64,000 nucleotides of DNA from the human T2T-CHM13v2.0 reference genome, Homo sapiens, in assembly GCF_009914755.1 (NCBI RefSeq), contig NC_060925.1, one strand, 5' to 3'. Of this stretch, positions 15,640 to 30,494 are shown piece by piece. Made by a program: the position numbers and the translations under genes. Each line of letters begins with the position of its first letter. The stretch's first letter is position 1. Under the pieces are notes generated by a model, which was not told where the DNA came from, ran no database searches, and worked only from the letters and a program-made list of their open reading frames with translations.

Positions 15640-16260
15640 ATATTTACGTACATATATAATATAATATATTTATATCCTATAATTATATATAAAATATAAT
15701 ATATAATTATATATTTATATAATTATAATATATAATTATAATATATAATTATATATTTATATAATTATAATATATAATTATATATTTATATATGTGTATA
15801 TAATTTATATATAAATATATGTATGTATAATTTATATATATTTATATTATATATTATATATACCATATATCACATATAAGATATATTATATGTTATATAA
15901 AATTATAACACATATAATTATGATTATAATACAACTTAATCATATTATATATAATTTTATAATATAAAATATTCAAAACATAAGTTGTAATAAAGATATT
16001 TTTAGACAGATACAAAAGATCTCAAGTGGGATCTTTAAGAAAAAGAAAAACGATCTAAGATAGAGGTAAACAAAGGAAAAAATAAGGAGCAAGAAAAAAG
16101 AAAAAATACACGGATAAATATAATTGGATATTAACTGTTGTGATCATAACATAATTTATATAATATAATTTGTAATATATATTATAATTATAGTATATAT
16201 TTTATTATATATTATATATTATACTATAATATATTCATATATTATATTACATATGTATAA
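15640..16260. repeat. TA-rich low-complexity tract interrupted by a duplicated segment
   Basis: Almost pure A/T with repeated tataattatatatttata units. Confidence 0.9.
15972..16150 (+). repeat. About 180-bp direct copy of 14581-14762
   Basis: By-eye alignment gives about 13 substitutions and 2 small indels (about 92% identity); both contain gaaaaagaaaaacgatctaagatagaggtaaacaaaggaaa. Confidence 0.92.
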
Positions 16261-16341
16261 ATGTGTTTGTATGCATATGCATGCCCACAATATTTACAAT
16301 AGCATTAAAATCAAACAAAATACATAAGAATACATTTGACT

Positions 16342-16789
<448 letters not shown>

Positions 16790-17232
16790 CTATTTGCAGA
16801 AATAGAAAAATCTATTCTAAAATTAATGTAGAATACTAAAGGACACCAAACAGCCTAAATATTCTTGTAAAATAAATATTATAAATGAAAAACAAAGTCA
16901 GATGTCTCAAATTTTCTGATTTCAAAATATACTACAAAGCTAAAATACTCAAAACAGTGTGTTACTGGTATACCACACAGTGAGGTACAATAGAATAGGA
17001 TAGAGAGCCCAGAAATAAACTGTCTCATGTATGACCAAATTACTTTTGATAATCACGCTAAAACCACTGAAAGAAAAGAGGACTTTACAAGAAATAGTGT
17101 TGGGAAAACTAGATATACACATGCAAAAATATGAAGTTGGATCTTTACAGCATAGACAAAAATTAACTGAAAATTGATAAAAAGTCTAAACATAGGAGCT
17201 AAAACTACAAAATTGTTAAGAATAAACATGGA

Positions 17233-17625
<393 letters not shown>

Positions 17626-18910
17626 TCAAAATTAGAAACTTTTGTGCAGGTAAGGGTACTATCGACAGAGTGAAAAGGCAACCCAGAGAAAAGGAGAAAA
17701 TTTTTCTAAATCATGTATTTGATAAGAAATTAGTATTAGGAAAATATAAAAACTTCTACACCACAATAACAAAAAAAAATTTAAAAATAGGCGAAGTATT
17801 GAATAGGTATTTCTCCAAAGATGACATATGTACATATATGTATATGTACACATATGTACATGTATATATGTATATGCACACAAGTGGCCAATAAGCACAT
17901 GAAAAGATTGAAATGAAGCTCAATATCAATATTCATTAGAAAAATGAAATACCACAATACAATACTACTTCACATATATTAAAATGGCCATTATCAGAAA
18001 AGCAAAACATAACAAAATGTATTTTTAAAACTAGATAATGAAAAGTGTTAGTAAGGATGTAGAAAAATTAGAACCCTTGTGTATTGCTGGTTCAAAGGTA
18101 AAGTGCTGCAGCTACCTTAGAAAAGAGTTTGGCAGTTCTCCACAAAACTGAAAATAGTATTACCACAGAATCCAAAAATTCCACTTATGGGTATAAGCCA
18201 AAAATAATTGAAAGTAGAGATTCAAAAAGATATTTGTATACCCATATTCATAGGAGCATTATTCTCAATAGCCAAATGATGTAAGCAACCCGTTTCCATG
18301 GATGGATGAATGGATAAACAAAATGTGATAAAAACATACAATAAAATATTATTCAGTATTAAAATACTGGGGAATAGTGACACGTGGTACAACATGAATA
18401 AATCTTGTCAACATTATACTATGTAAAATAAACCAGACACTAAAGAACAAATATTGTGATTTCATTTATATGAAGTACTTAGTGTGTTCAAATTCATAGA
18501 GACAGAAAGTAGCATGCTGGGCGCCAGGAGCTAGGGACAGAGGAAATGAGGAATAATTATTTAATGGGTAAGAAGTTTCAATTTGAAAAGTTCTAGAGAT
18601 TAATGGTGGTGATAGCTCCACAGCAATGTGAATGTATTTAATGCCACAAAGCTGTACACTTAAAATGTGTTAAAATGATACATTTTCTATTATGCATGTT
18701 ACCTTATAATGGTAATAAACTTAATTCCTAATAGTAATTATAATGAAAGATATGTAAGGAAAAGAAAACAACAAAAACATTTCCAGTAAATATTAAAGAA
18801 GACCAGAATAGGTGAAGAATATACCATATTCAGGGAATTAAAGACCCAACAGTTCTGTCCAAACTGATCTACATATTTAATACAATTGGATTAAGTTGGC
18901 AAGCTGACTA

Positions 18911-19328
<418 letters not shown>

Positions 19329-20310
19329 CTAATTGATATCAAAACTTTATAAGTTACACTATTTACTTCTTCTTTTTCCTTTTCTTCAGCCTATATTTTA
19401 GGTATAGGAAATACATGCGCAGTTGTGTTTCCTGGGTATATTGTGCAATGCTGAGGTTTGAAATACAAATGATCCCATAACTCAAGTACCAAGCATAGCG
19501 TTCATGTCTTTTGTCTTTTTTTTTTTATGGGGGTTGTTTTTTGCTTGATCAGTTGTTTAAATTTCTTGTAGATTTTGGATATTAGACCTTTGTTGGATGG
19601 CTAGTTTGTGAATATTTTCTCCCATTCTATAGGTTATCTGTTTCTTCTTGATAAGTCCCACTTGTCAATTATTGTTTTGTTGCAATTGCTTCTGGGGACT
19701 TAATGGTAATTTATTTTAAGGCCAATGTCTACGGAAGTATTTTTAAGGTTTTTTTCTAAGATTCTTAAAGTTTGGTGTCTTACATTTAAATCTTTAATTC
19801 ATCTTGAGTTAAATTTTGTGTAAGGTGAAGAGTAGGAGTCTGGTTTCATTCTTCTGCTTATGTCTAGCAAGCTATTCCAGGATCATTTATTGAATAGAGA
19901 GTTTTCTCTCCATTACTTAGTTTTGTTAACTTTGTCAAAGATCAGATGGCTGTAGGTGTGCAGTTTTATTTCTCTGTCTCTATTCTGTTCCATTTGTCTC
20001 TGTCTGTTTTCCTACCAGTACCATACTGTTGTAGTTACTGTAGCCTTAGGACATAGGTTGAAGTTGGGTAATGTGTTGCCTCTGGCTTTGCTCTTTTTTG
20101 TGTTCTAGAACTGCTTTGGCTATTTGGGCTCTTTCTGGGTTCCATATGAATTTTAGAATTTTTTTTCTAGTTCTGTGAAAACTATGTTGGTAAGTTGATA
20201 GGAATAACACTGAATCTGTAGATGGCTATGGATAGTGTGGTCATTTGAAAGATATTGATTCTTCCAATTCATGAGCATAGAATATTTCCCATTTGTTTGT
20301 TCATCTATGA

Positions 20311-20613
<303 letters not shown>

Positions 20614-22696
20614 TCATCTGTGATTTCTTTTAATAGTGCTTTGTAGTTCTCCTCGTAGACATCTTTCACCTTCTTGTTTAGATGTATTTCTAGGTACTTT
20701 ATTTGTGTGTGTGTGGCTATTGAAATGGAATTTCATTCTTGATCTGACTATCAGCTTGAATGTTATTGGTGTATAGTAATGATACTGATTTTTGTATATT
20801 GATTTTGAATACTGAGACTTTACTAAAGTCATTTATCAGTTCCAAGAGCCTTTTGATGGAGTCTTTAGGGTTTTCTAGGTATACAATCATGTTGTCAGCA
20901 AATAGATAGAGTTTGACTTCTTTTCCTATTTAGATGCCATTTATTTATTTCTCTTGTCTGATTGCTCTGGCTAGGACTTCTAGTACTATGTTGAATAGGA
21001 GTGATGTAAGTGGGCACTCTTGCCTTGTTTTGGTGTTCAAGGGAAATGCTTCCATTTTTTGCCCAATTAGTATGATGTTGGTTGTGGATTTGTCACAGAT
21101 GACCCATTGTTTTGAAGTATATTCTTTCAATGCCTAGTTTCTTGAGTTTTTTTTTTTAATCATGAAGGGATATTGAGTTTTATCAATATATTGTTCTCTA
21201 GATGATTATATGGCTTTTGTCTTTAATTGTGTTTATATGGTGAATCACACTTTTGTGTTTGTTGAACCAACCTTGCATCCCAGGAATAAAGCATGCTTGA
21301 ACATGGTGAATTAATTTTAATATGCAGTTGAATTTGCTTTGCTAGTATTTTGTTGAGGATTTTTGTGTCTATGCTCATCAGAAATATTGGCCTGTAGTTT
21401 TCTTTTTCCATTGTGTCTTTGCTAGGTTCTGATATCAGGGTGATGCTGGCTTCATTGAATGAGTGAGGGAGGAGTTCCTCTTCCTCGATTTTTTGGAATA
21501 GTTTCAGTAGAGTTGGTACCAGCTTTTGTTTGTACATCTGGTAGAATTTGGTTGTGAATTCATCTGGTCTGAAGATTTTTTTTTGTTCACCGATCTTTTA
21601 TTAATGATTCAGTTTTGTAACTTGATACTGGTTTATTCGGTGTTTCAATTTCTTCATTCAATCTTGGGAGATTGGATGTTTTCAGGAATTTATCCATTTC
21701 CTCTAGATTTTGGAGTTATTGTACATAGTATTGTTTATAATAGTCTCTGAAGATGTCTTGTGTTACTGTGAAATTGGTTATAATGTCACGTTTGTCATTT
21801 CCGATTGTGCTTGTTTGGATCTCTTTTTTTCTCTTTGTTAATCTAGCTAGTGGTCTACTGACATGGTTTACCCTTTCAAAGAACAAACTTTTGGTTTCCA
21901 TGATTTTTGGTATGGATTTTGGTGTTCTAATTTTGGTCAGTTCCTCTCTAATATTAATTTCTTTTCTTCTGCTAGCTTTGGGGTTAGGAAGTTCTTGTTT
22001 TTCTAATTTCTATTGGAATAATATTAGATTGTTATTTTGAGATATTTCTAGTAGATATTTGAGGTAGGCATTTAGCACTATAAACATTCCTCCCAATACT
22101 ACATTTGCTGCAATCAGAGATTTTGGTATGTTGTGTCTCTGTTTTCATTTATTTCAAAGAATTTTTTTAGATTTCTACTTTAATTTTGTTGTTTACCCAA
22201 AAGTCATGTAAGAACAAGTTGTTTAATTTCCATGTTCTTGTGTGGTTTTAAGAGATCTTCACCGATATTGACTTCTATTTTTATTCCACTGTGGTCTGAG
22301 AGTTTGGTTGGTATAATTTTATTTCTTTTGAATTATTACTTTTGAATTTTGAATTATTAAGACTTGCTTTAGGGCCAAGCATGTAGTCAGCCTTGGAGTA
22401 TGTTTTCTGTGAAGATGAAAAGAAAGTATATTCTGTGATTGATGGGCGGAGAATTCGGTAGATTTCTATTGTGTCCAATTGATCAAGTGTTGAATTTAAA
22501 TCCAGAATTTCTTTGTTAATTTTCTGCCTCAATGATTTGCTTAATGCTGTCATTGGTATAGTTGAAGTCCCCCACTATTACTGTGTGGCTGTCTAAGTCT
22601 TTTTGTAGGTCTAGGGATACATTTTTTATGAATCTGGGTGCTCTGATGTTGGATACACATATATTTAAGGTAGTTAAGTCTTCTTATTGAAGTGAA

Positions 22697-22832
22697 ATGA
22701 ATTGAATTTGTGCAGGAAGGATTTTTTTTTTTCTTTTTCTGTCTTTCCTTATAATGCTGTTATTATTTTTTCTTTCCCTTTCTTTCTCCCTCTCCATACA
22801 AACAACTTGTTCCTAAAAGACTTGTTCCTAAA
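22697..22832 (+). repeat. Composite insertion in the L1 endonuclease region; core 22707-22798 copies 24209-24301
   Basis: tttgtgcaggaaggatttttt...ctccctctccata occurs at both sites; followed by acttgttcctaaa x2. Confidence 0.88.
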
Positions 22833-24771
22833 TCATTACGCAGTGCCCTTCTTGGTCTTTTTTTACTGTTGTTGGTTTAAAGACTGTTTCATCTGATATA
22901 AAATTAGTGACCCCTGCTTCTTTTGGTTTCCATATGTGTGGTAGATCTTCCTCCAACCATTTACTTTGAGCCTGTGAGTGTTGTATGGGGCATGGGTTGC
23001 TTGAAGACAACAGATGGATGGATCTTGCTTTTCGATGCAACTTGCCACTCAGTGCCTTTTAATTGAGGCATTTAGACCCTTTACATTCAATGTTAAAATT
23101 GATATGTGAGGTTTTGATCCTACAGTGAAGCTGTTAGCTCGTTGCTTTGTAGTTTCTATGTGTGGCTGCTTTATAGAGTTTGCAGGTTATTTACTTAAGT
23201 GTGTTTTTTCAGCAGCAGGTATCATTCTTTCTTTTCCACGTTTAGAACTCTCTTAAGAATCTCTTCTAAGACTTGCCTAGTGGTAAATAATTCCATTAGA
23301 GCTTGATTTTCTGGAAAAGTTTTCATTTCTCCTTTGCTAATAAAACTTAGTTTGGTGGAATATAAAATTCTTGGTTGGAATTCTATTCTTTAAGAATATT
23401 GAAAATAGGTTCCTGGCTTGTAAGCTTTCTGCTGAGAAGTCCACTGTTACCCTGATGGGGTTTCTTTTGTATGTGATAGGAACTTTTTCTCTAGGTCTCT
23501 GTAAAATAATTTTAGCATTGACTTTGGCCAGTCTGGTGACTATATGCCTCAGTGATGTTCATCTTGTATAACATCTCACAGATGTTCTGGATTTTTGTAT
23601 CTGGATGTCTATTACTCCAGAAAAATTAGACAAGTTTTCTTAAATTATTCTCTCAAACACATGTTCCAGGTTGTTTATTTTTTTTCATTCTCTCTCAGGA
23701 GTGCCAATATGGTCATTTTACATAATCCTATATTTCTCAGAAACTTTGTTCATTTTTAAAATTTATTTTTACTTTATTTTTTTTCTGACTGGGTTAGTTT
23801 AAAAGTCTGGTCTCCAAATTCTGAAATTCTTTCTTCTGCTTGGTCCAGGCTAAGGATAAAGCTTTCAATTATATTTTAAATTTTCCTTAAGTAAATTTTT
23901 AAATTACAGAAGATGTATTTAATTTATTTTTAAGATGTTTATCTCTTCATTTATTTCCCAGATTCCTTTAATGTTTCTTTGTGTAGGTTTTTAACCTTGT
24001 TTTGAATCACACTGGGCTTCCTTGTAATCCATGCTTTGAATTCTTTATGTTTCATTTCTTAGTTTCCTTTTCAGTTATGGACCATTGTTGGAGAGCTAAT
24101 GCACTCTTTTGGTGGTATCACTACATTTAGATTTTTCATGTTGCCAGAATACTTGCACTAGTTTCTTCTCATCTAGAGACACTGGCACTTCTAATTTTTG
24201 TAATTATTTTTGTGCAGGAAGGATTTTTTTTCTTTTCCTGTCTCTCCCTATATTGCTGTTAATATTTTTTTTCTTTCCCTTTTTCTTTCTCCCTCTCCAT
24301 ATGAAGTGCAACTCTAATGAGTGCTGGGTATGGTCTTTTGGCATTGCTTCTATACCCCTATGTACATATGTAAGCAGGTTTTTTATTGAGGTGTGCAGTT
24401 CAACCTACAAGCCAATAGACAGCGATCATAGGTAAGAGTAAGCTGTGGCCAACACAGTTGGGTACGTATTTGATTCTTGTTTACTGGAAGAAGCTCTCTG
24501 TTGCCTCAGGCAATGCGCTAATTTGTGGAATGCACAATGGTCCTATCTTCCTACTCAGCCTCAGTGGGGAAGGGGCCACAATAGGTAGAGCCAGTGCAGA
24601 CATGTCCACCTATAGGTCCCCAGATGGCAGACACAAGCACCAGTACCAAGGGAGAATCCAGGGTGCAACCACCAAGCACACAAAGGTGTGCCTAGGCATG
24701 GAGCCTGGAAACCTCCTCAGCCCCAATTTCTCTACCCAGTGGTGGGCGTCAACCTAAACTCTTAATCCAAA

Positions 24772-25182
24772 AGAGTGGGTGATCCAGTTGCCTGGAGATC
24801 TGCCTGGGCATGGAGTAGAGAGGGCCCCCATGGACCAGGATCTATGCATAGAAGGAGTGGGGCAACTATGGCTGCTCAACCAGGCAAGCAGGTGTTCTGA
24901 ATTTCTGGATATCCATCTGGGCATGGCATGCAGATGTTGCTGCACCATGATCTATGTCCAGGAAAGGTAGGGTGGCTCAGGCTGCTGAACCAGATGAGTG
25001 GTTGCTCTGAATGTCTGGTAATCTGCCCGGACGTGGAGTGGAGAGGGTTCTGCTGCACTACGCTCTATGATTCATGAAGGGTGAGGGTGGCTCAGGCTGC
25101 TGGTCCAGATAAGCGAGTGCTCCAACTGCCTGGATATCTTTGTTGTGATGGAGTAGAGAGAGCCTTGTTTCACCATGATCTC
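24772..25182. repeat. About 3.6 diverged copies of a 110-115-bp unit in the L1 5'UTR
   Basis: Units start near 24772, 24886, 24996 and 25111, sharing ctgga(g/t)atc, tggagtagagag, caccatgatct and ggctcaggctgctg motifs. Confidence 0.8.
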
Positions 25183-26079
25183 AGGGGAACAGTCTGGGGA
25201 ACCCAGCAATGGCACATGCAGATTAGTTCCAGGTTGCCCAGCCAAGGTGGCTCCTGGTGCAAGTTTCACCAGTCAGGAGAAACTTTAGCTATAGCTTTCA
25301 CTCCAGACTTGCAAAGGGGAAAAGCACAATTCTAGTCCCTACTGTTTTAGTGCCTTCCACAGTTCTGGCTGTGGAGGCCCCTATCCAGCTCCAGATCAGG
25401 TGCTCCAATCCGTGGCCCAAGGATAAAATGCCTGTGTGGTCACACTGTCAGCTCACCTAAAAATAGCTGACTTTGTATGCACCTGGATTAAAAATGATGC
25501 CATGCTCTCTCTCAGTTCTGAGTCCGGGAACATGTCTGCAGCTTTTCCCAGTGCCTTTTCCTAACTTTGCCTCCAAACCTCTCCCCAAGTTACCTCTAAG
25601 GCTTGGGAGAAGCCTTAGTTCTCTCTCAGCCTGGGTTGCTTTGATCCCCCAGTGGAAAGGTGAGTCACAGAGGGAGGCTCTATCTCTCTCACGTACTGGT
25701 GCTTCACTCATTTTTATCAGCCAGACACCATCACAGGGCTGTTTGCTGGCATTCTCTTCCCCTGATCTGGGGTGTCCTTCATGTTTTCAGTGAATTCCGG
25801 TTTTCCTTCTTAAATTAAGGCTCCCGAAGTTGATCTTCATGTACTATCTTGCTATTTTCAAGTGTCTAAGGCACACTAGATGCCTCTAATTGAAGGTTTT
25901 GTAAAAAATTAAAAAATAAAACAACAAAAAATTGAATGATTTTCACAGAGAATGATAACAGTAATTTTCTCTAAGGAAGAATTGTATTTAATTTAAAATT
26001 CACTAAACCTATATCTGGTTGATCTGTGAACAGGCAATACAAGTTGAGGGTGTGCCTAACTAAGATAGCCCTTAAGAGC

Positions 26080-26185
26080 TTTATTTTATTTTTAATTGAC
26101 AAGTAATAATTGTATATATTCGTGGAGTAAAATGTGATGTTATGACACATTTATACATTATGTAATGATTAAATCAGATTAATTA
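26080..26185 (-). mobile_element. Short L1MA (MA8-10-like) 3' terminal fragment
   Basis: ttttaattgacaagtaataattgtatatatt...aatgtgatgttatga...tgtaatgattaaatca. Confidence 0.7.
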
Positions 26186-26319
26186 AAGTTACAGATTTTC
26201 ATATACTGTGGTACTGATCAGTGGCATATGAATCAATGAGTGAAACAAAATTGTGTCTAAAAACAGAAAATAACTCAAAAATTAAAATCTCTTCAAGACC
26301 CTATGCCCACTTCAATGCT

Positions 26320-26659
26320 TAATCAGAGAATTATTCCTCACCTCTTCCAGCATCTGACGGTTCATGGCATTCTTGGGATTTCTTGGCGTGTGGCCACATC
26401 ACTCCCATCTCTGCCTCCGTCTTCACCTTGTCTTCTCTTCTGTGTCTTCTCCTCTTCTGTCTGTTTCAATTCTCCTTCTGCGTTTCTTTTACAAGAACCC
26501 TTGTCATTGGATTTAGGACACACCTGAATTATCTTAGAATTACTTCCTCATATAAAAATCCTTAATTTATCCCATCTATAAAGATCCTTTCAGTAACATT
26601 CAAATATTTCAAGAATTTGACTTGGATATCTTTTAGAGGACCATATTCAGCCTATTACA
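26320..26659 (-). mobile_element. MLT1B/C-like MaLR LTR, partial
   Basis: catcactcccatctctgcctccgtcttcac, gtcattggatttagg; ends attcagcctattaca. Confidence 0.8.
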
Positions 26660-26739
26660 AACATCTGTGAGTCAACAAGAAAAATAAAACAATAAATACT
26701 AACATATTCTTGAACATATACATTCAAAAGACCAATTCA

Positions 26740-27220
26740 CTTTGCCTGGGTTATCCCATCAAAAATAACAGATATGCAAGTAATTTAGGTAGGAATTAAA
26801 AATAATATGACTACCTGTGTCCTGAACAGTGTGAAACAGGAAAGAAAAAAAGTAAATATATGACTGTGTCTGTGATTGGTAATGGCCAATTTGGGGACAA
26901 TTCTCAGGGGACTTTCTGAGAAGCCATGTAAATTACACCGTGACATTGTCTGTCCAAGTAAAAGAGGAGAGAAATATTTATCCACCAACTTTTATCCCCT
27001 ATGACCAATTCTTAGCCCATGTATTATTTACTCTTTTGCATATCTATCAGAATGACTGATAAGCTTCTGGTAGGCATCTGCCCCAGTACTCCAGGTCCCA
27101 TTGTAAAAAACAAAAGATGGAGGATAAAATTGAGGTAATGTGCTATCAGATTAATTCAGCAAACTTCTGTTTTCCACAACAATGACGGGAATAAAAAATG
27201 GGCTCATGTTATGTGAGGTG
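26740..27220 (-). mobile_element. LTR16-like ERVL LTR remnant
   Basis: tgcaagtaattta...gtgaaacaggaaagaa...tatttatccaccaact motif order. Confidence 0.45.
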
Positions 27221-27249
27221 GGACAAAAAGGAGTTTAACATATAAGCAA

Positions 27250-27885
27250 ATTATAAAAGTCTGTTCAACATCTTTTGGTCACGAAAATTTAAATTACATC
27301 TTGGATAAGATGCAGAACTGCTAAAACTTTTATAAATAATCTTCTGGTAGGAGTGTAAATGGACACAGTCACTATCTAAAATGTTTTGATGGTGTCTATT
27401 ATACCCTATGACACTGCAGGTCCACATGAGTGCAAGCATATGGGTACCAAAATATATGTATACACACATTCATAGCAGTGCGATTAGTTATAGGAAATCA
27501 CTCAAATGCACAAATGTGCATCATTGTGGATTATTCATATAATGATTATCTATATAGTGATGAATAAGAACAAACTACAATTATATACTAAAGTATACTT
27601 AGCAAAATAAACCATACAGAAAAGAGCATAGATCACATGAATCTATCCAATGAAATTTAAAAATAGGCAAAAACTAATCTATGATGATAAAATCAACATA
27701 ATGGTTTTCTTTGCAAGGCCAGTTACTGAGATAGAACACAATGAAGCTATTTTAGTAGGGTGAGATTTTATGGCCAAATCTATATTACGGTTACCCAGAA
27801 TGTTCACTTTCTGCACACTTATTGAGCTATTATGTATACTTCTGTGCACACTTCTCAAAATGCACATTTTACTTCAATAAAATCT
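27250..27885 (+). mobile_element. L1ME-type 3' end
   Basis: ataccctatgac, aaaataggcaaaactaatctatg, ends tttacttcaataaaa. Confidence 0.65.
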
Positions 27886-28729
27886 ATTTCTTAAAGTGAC
27901 AAAATATATATTATTTCTTTAGAAAATATGGAATATATAAAAATATAAAGAAAATAAGATAGAAATTTCATCACCCAAATAACATATATATCCCTCTGGT
28001 ATTTTTTCTATGGCATATACCAGCAGCTCTCCAGTACTTGGATACACATTAGCCTGTTTATGACTAACAGTTTTCTTTATACCCTTAGTGGAGTTCTATA
28101 ATTAGGCAGCGGTAGTTGCCAGCCTTTGGCATGTTATGTAAGGAGGAGAAAAGCTCCCAGCTGTGCTCATGGAAACAATCTATGAAGTTGAAGTGGCTCA
28201 GCTTGGATCTTACCTCCTCCATATAGAGTGTCAGAAATAGTTATAACCAGGTTTTTTTAACTTATTTTTCAGCTCTGTGTGGGCAATGAACATCCAATAT
28301 CTATTATTTCTTAATCATTACTTTTTAAAAATATTTATTTGTTGTCATTTTTGCTTCAAGCAATAATTTAGGTTCTCTGTATCTTTCATTCTCACCATTA
28401 TCCGGTTAGTATGTTATATTTAAATTCTAGACATTCCACCCCATTGCATAGTGTCCATGTATGTGTAAGTGTTAGACTGGTGTTCGGTTTTAAGAGTCTC
28501 TCTAGAGGAGAAGACCAGAAATCTGAATGCAAAATCTTTTAAAAAAAAACCACTTCCTTTCTCTACAGCCTTTCTCTCTACTACTGGAATATAGAGGCAC
28601 TGAGTATAAGCCATTGAAATCATACTTTCTTAATACGAATACTTTTAACACAAATACTTACAAAATATCATTCTTGGTGAACTAAGTTAGGCTAGAGATT
28701 AGCATCAGAAATTCTATTTGCATAGGCTA

Positions 28730-28908
28730 TTAGTTGTCAAGCATTAGTGAGTGTCAGAATCACCTGGAGAGCTTCCTAAAACAGATTGCTATGCCCTACA
28801 CTCACTGATTTTTTGGGTTTGAAATGAGGCTTGAGAATTTACATTTCTACCGCATTTCCAGATTATGCTGCTGCTCCTGATGGTCAGAGGTCCATGTTAG
28901 AGACTCAG
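28730..28908. mobile_element. MER5A-like hAT-Charlie DNA transposon remnant
   Basis: tcagaatcacctggagagcttcctaaaacagattgct...gagaatttacatttcta...gctgctg. Confidence 0.75.
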
Positions 28909-29304
28909 GGTAGGTTAAGAGAGCCTAACATTTGTCCCTTTTACCTGTCTCCCACTGTTGTTTCCACTTTTTCTCTATGGATAGAAGCTGCTTTTGACTG
29001 TTCAGTTAACTTTACAGCCCCTCTGAGGGGCATTTTTTTTTTCTACTGATAGCAATACTTACCTCCCTCAAACTTACTGGATGTGTCCAATAAAAGTTAG
29101 TGATACAATAAAACTATAGTCCACGAACACGGATAAGCATATTAATGAAATAATCCCAGCCAAAATATTAGGACACCATAGTCATGTGCGTCCGGTAAGG
29201 TTGCTCAATACAGGATACATGCATAGATAGATACAGGCATAGTTAGATACATATAAAGACAGATAGATGGATTGTTATAAGTAGAGATATGTGAGTTTTG
29301 TGTT

Positions 29305-29815
29305 CGAAATTCCCCAGTAGATCCCCTTTTCACTCAGAATATGAAACTGCAATGCTCTGAATCCTAACAATCCTTAAATAATCTACAGTCCACAACTCTC
29401 GACCCCTCACAGATGTCATTTCTTATCCCTGTCTGTCTTTTATTTGTTCCAGTCCCAATGACAGCTTCCAGATTCCACCTTTTTGCCCTGCCCAGAAATA
29501 TCTTCACTGTGGTTTCTTCTTTTAACTGTCTTCTTTACACAGGTGACAACTGCTCAATCTGGCCTATCCTAATGATTAAACTTAACTTTTAAATTTTTCC
29601 TGGCCCACACCTCCCCTTTATCCCCATAATACTCTCCACCTTCTAATATACTGCTAAATGCATTACATTATTCTGGTACATAGCTTTTCTCTTGTCACTT
29701 TAAACGTACCTGAGTGAAGGGAAGAATTTTTATTTGTTCTATTCAATCCCATGTCCCCAGTACCAATAAAAGTCATGGGCTCATAAAGGTGTTCAATAAA
29801 TATTTGTTGAATAAC
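29305..29815 (+). mobile_element. L2 3' end
   Basis: cactcagaat near the start; terminal tgtccccagtacc...ggtgttcaataaatatttgttgaat. Confidence 0.7.
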
Positions 29816-30433
29816 TTTTAACAGCTATATATATACAAATATTTTAAATGAAATACTTTAGTTGAATTTTCTTGAAGAAAAGTCAATTTGAAATAAAAAT
29901 TAGAAAGTTGCTAGCCTTTCAATAAGTTTCATTACTATAGATGTTTGTTCTAAAATCATTTCTTTAAAGTTGACATTTCTAGCTTATAAGGTTGAAGTCA
30001 TTTAAAGCTCTATTGTCCACTAATAAAGGTAACAAACTTAGCATCTGTATATGGCTCTTCACCTTAACTCTCTCAGCATACTTCTCCAGGTTTTTTTCTT
30101 ATACTATTTGTATATATTCAAGATTAATATTTATATTCTCATCTTTAATCATAATTCTTATTTTATAATAAAAGGAATTCATCATCAATTGTTTTACTAA
30201 AAAGTCTCTATTATTGACTGAAATTCAGTATAAGCATTTTCCTCACCCACACACCACAGAGATAGCACATGTGAGAATCCTTGAGAATGTACATTATCTA
30301 ATTTGTCCCTACCTTGTTTATATGACTTCCCCTTTAGAACCACTTCCTAATCTGTGCTTTTAAACTAGATTTATAAAGACATACCCATCTTTTCTTTGGC
30401 TTTTCTAAAAACCCTGTATTAGACCACTCCAAG

Positions 30434-30442
30434 ACACACACA

Positions 30443-30490
<48 letters not shown>
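30434..30490. repeat. Compound (AC)13(GA)15 microsatellite
   Basis: Perfect runs seen directly. Confidence 0.95.

Positions 30491-30494
<4 letters not shown>

Larger units (their letters stand above)
13900..15640 (+). mobile_element. Second ancient L1M: ORF1, inter-ORF and ORF2 5' remnants (probably continues at 18720-19360 and 26186-27885)
   Basis: A-rich ORF1-like pieces and endonuclease start aattacactaaatgtaatataattaaat. Confidence 0.5.

Noticed and set aside
17824-17880. Short palindromic purine-pyrimidine tract (catatgtacatatatg...)
   Set aside because: Ordinary TA/CA/TG slippage expansion inside L1; too short and imperfect to claim a structure
20614-23048. Reverse transcriptase/endonuclease-like ORFs
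   Set aside because: Frameshifted fragments of a dead L1 ORF2
24772-25182. Regularly spaced repeats as a CRISPR-like array
   Set aside because: Whole units are homologous with no unique spacers; lies inside an L1 5'UTR in human DNA; no cas genes
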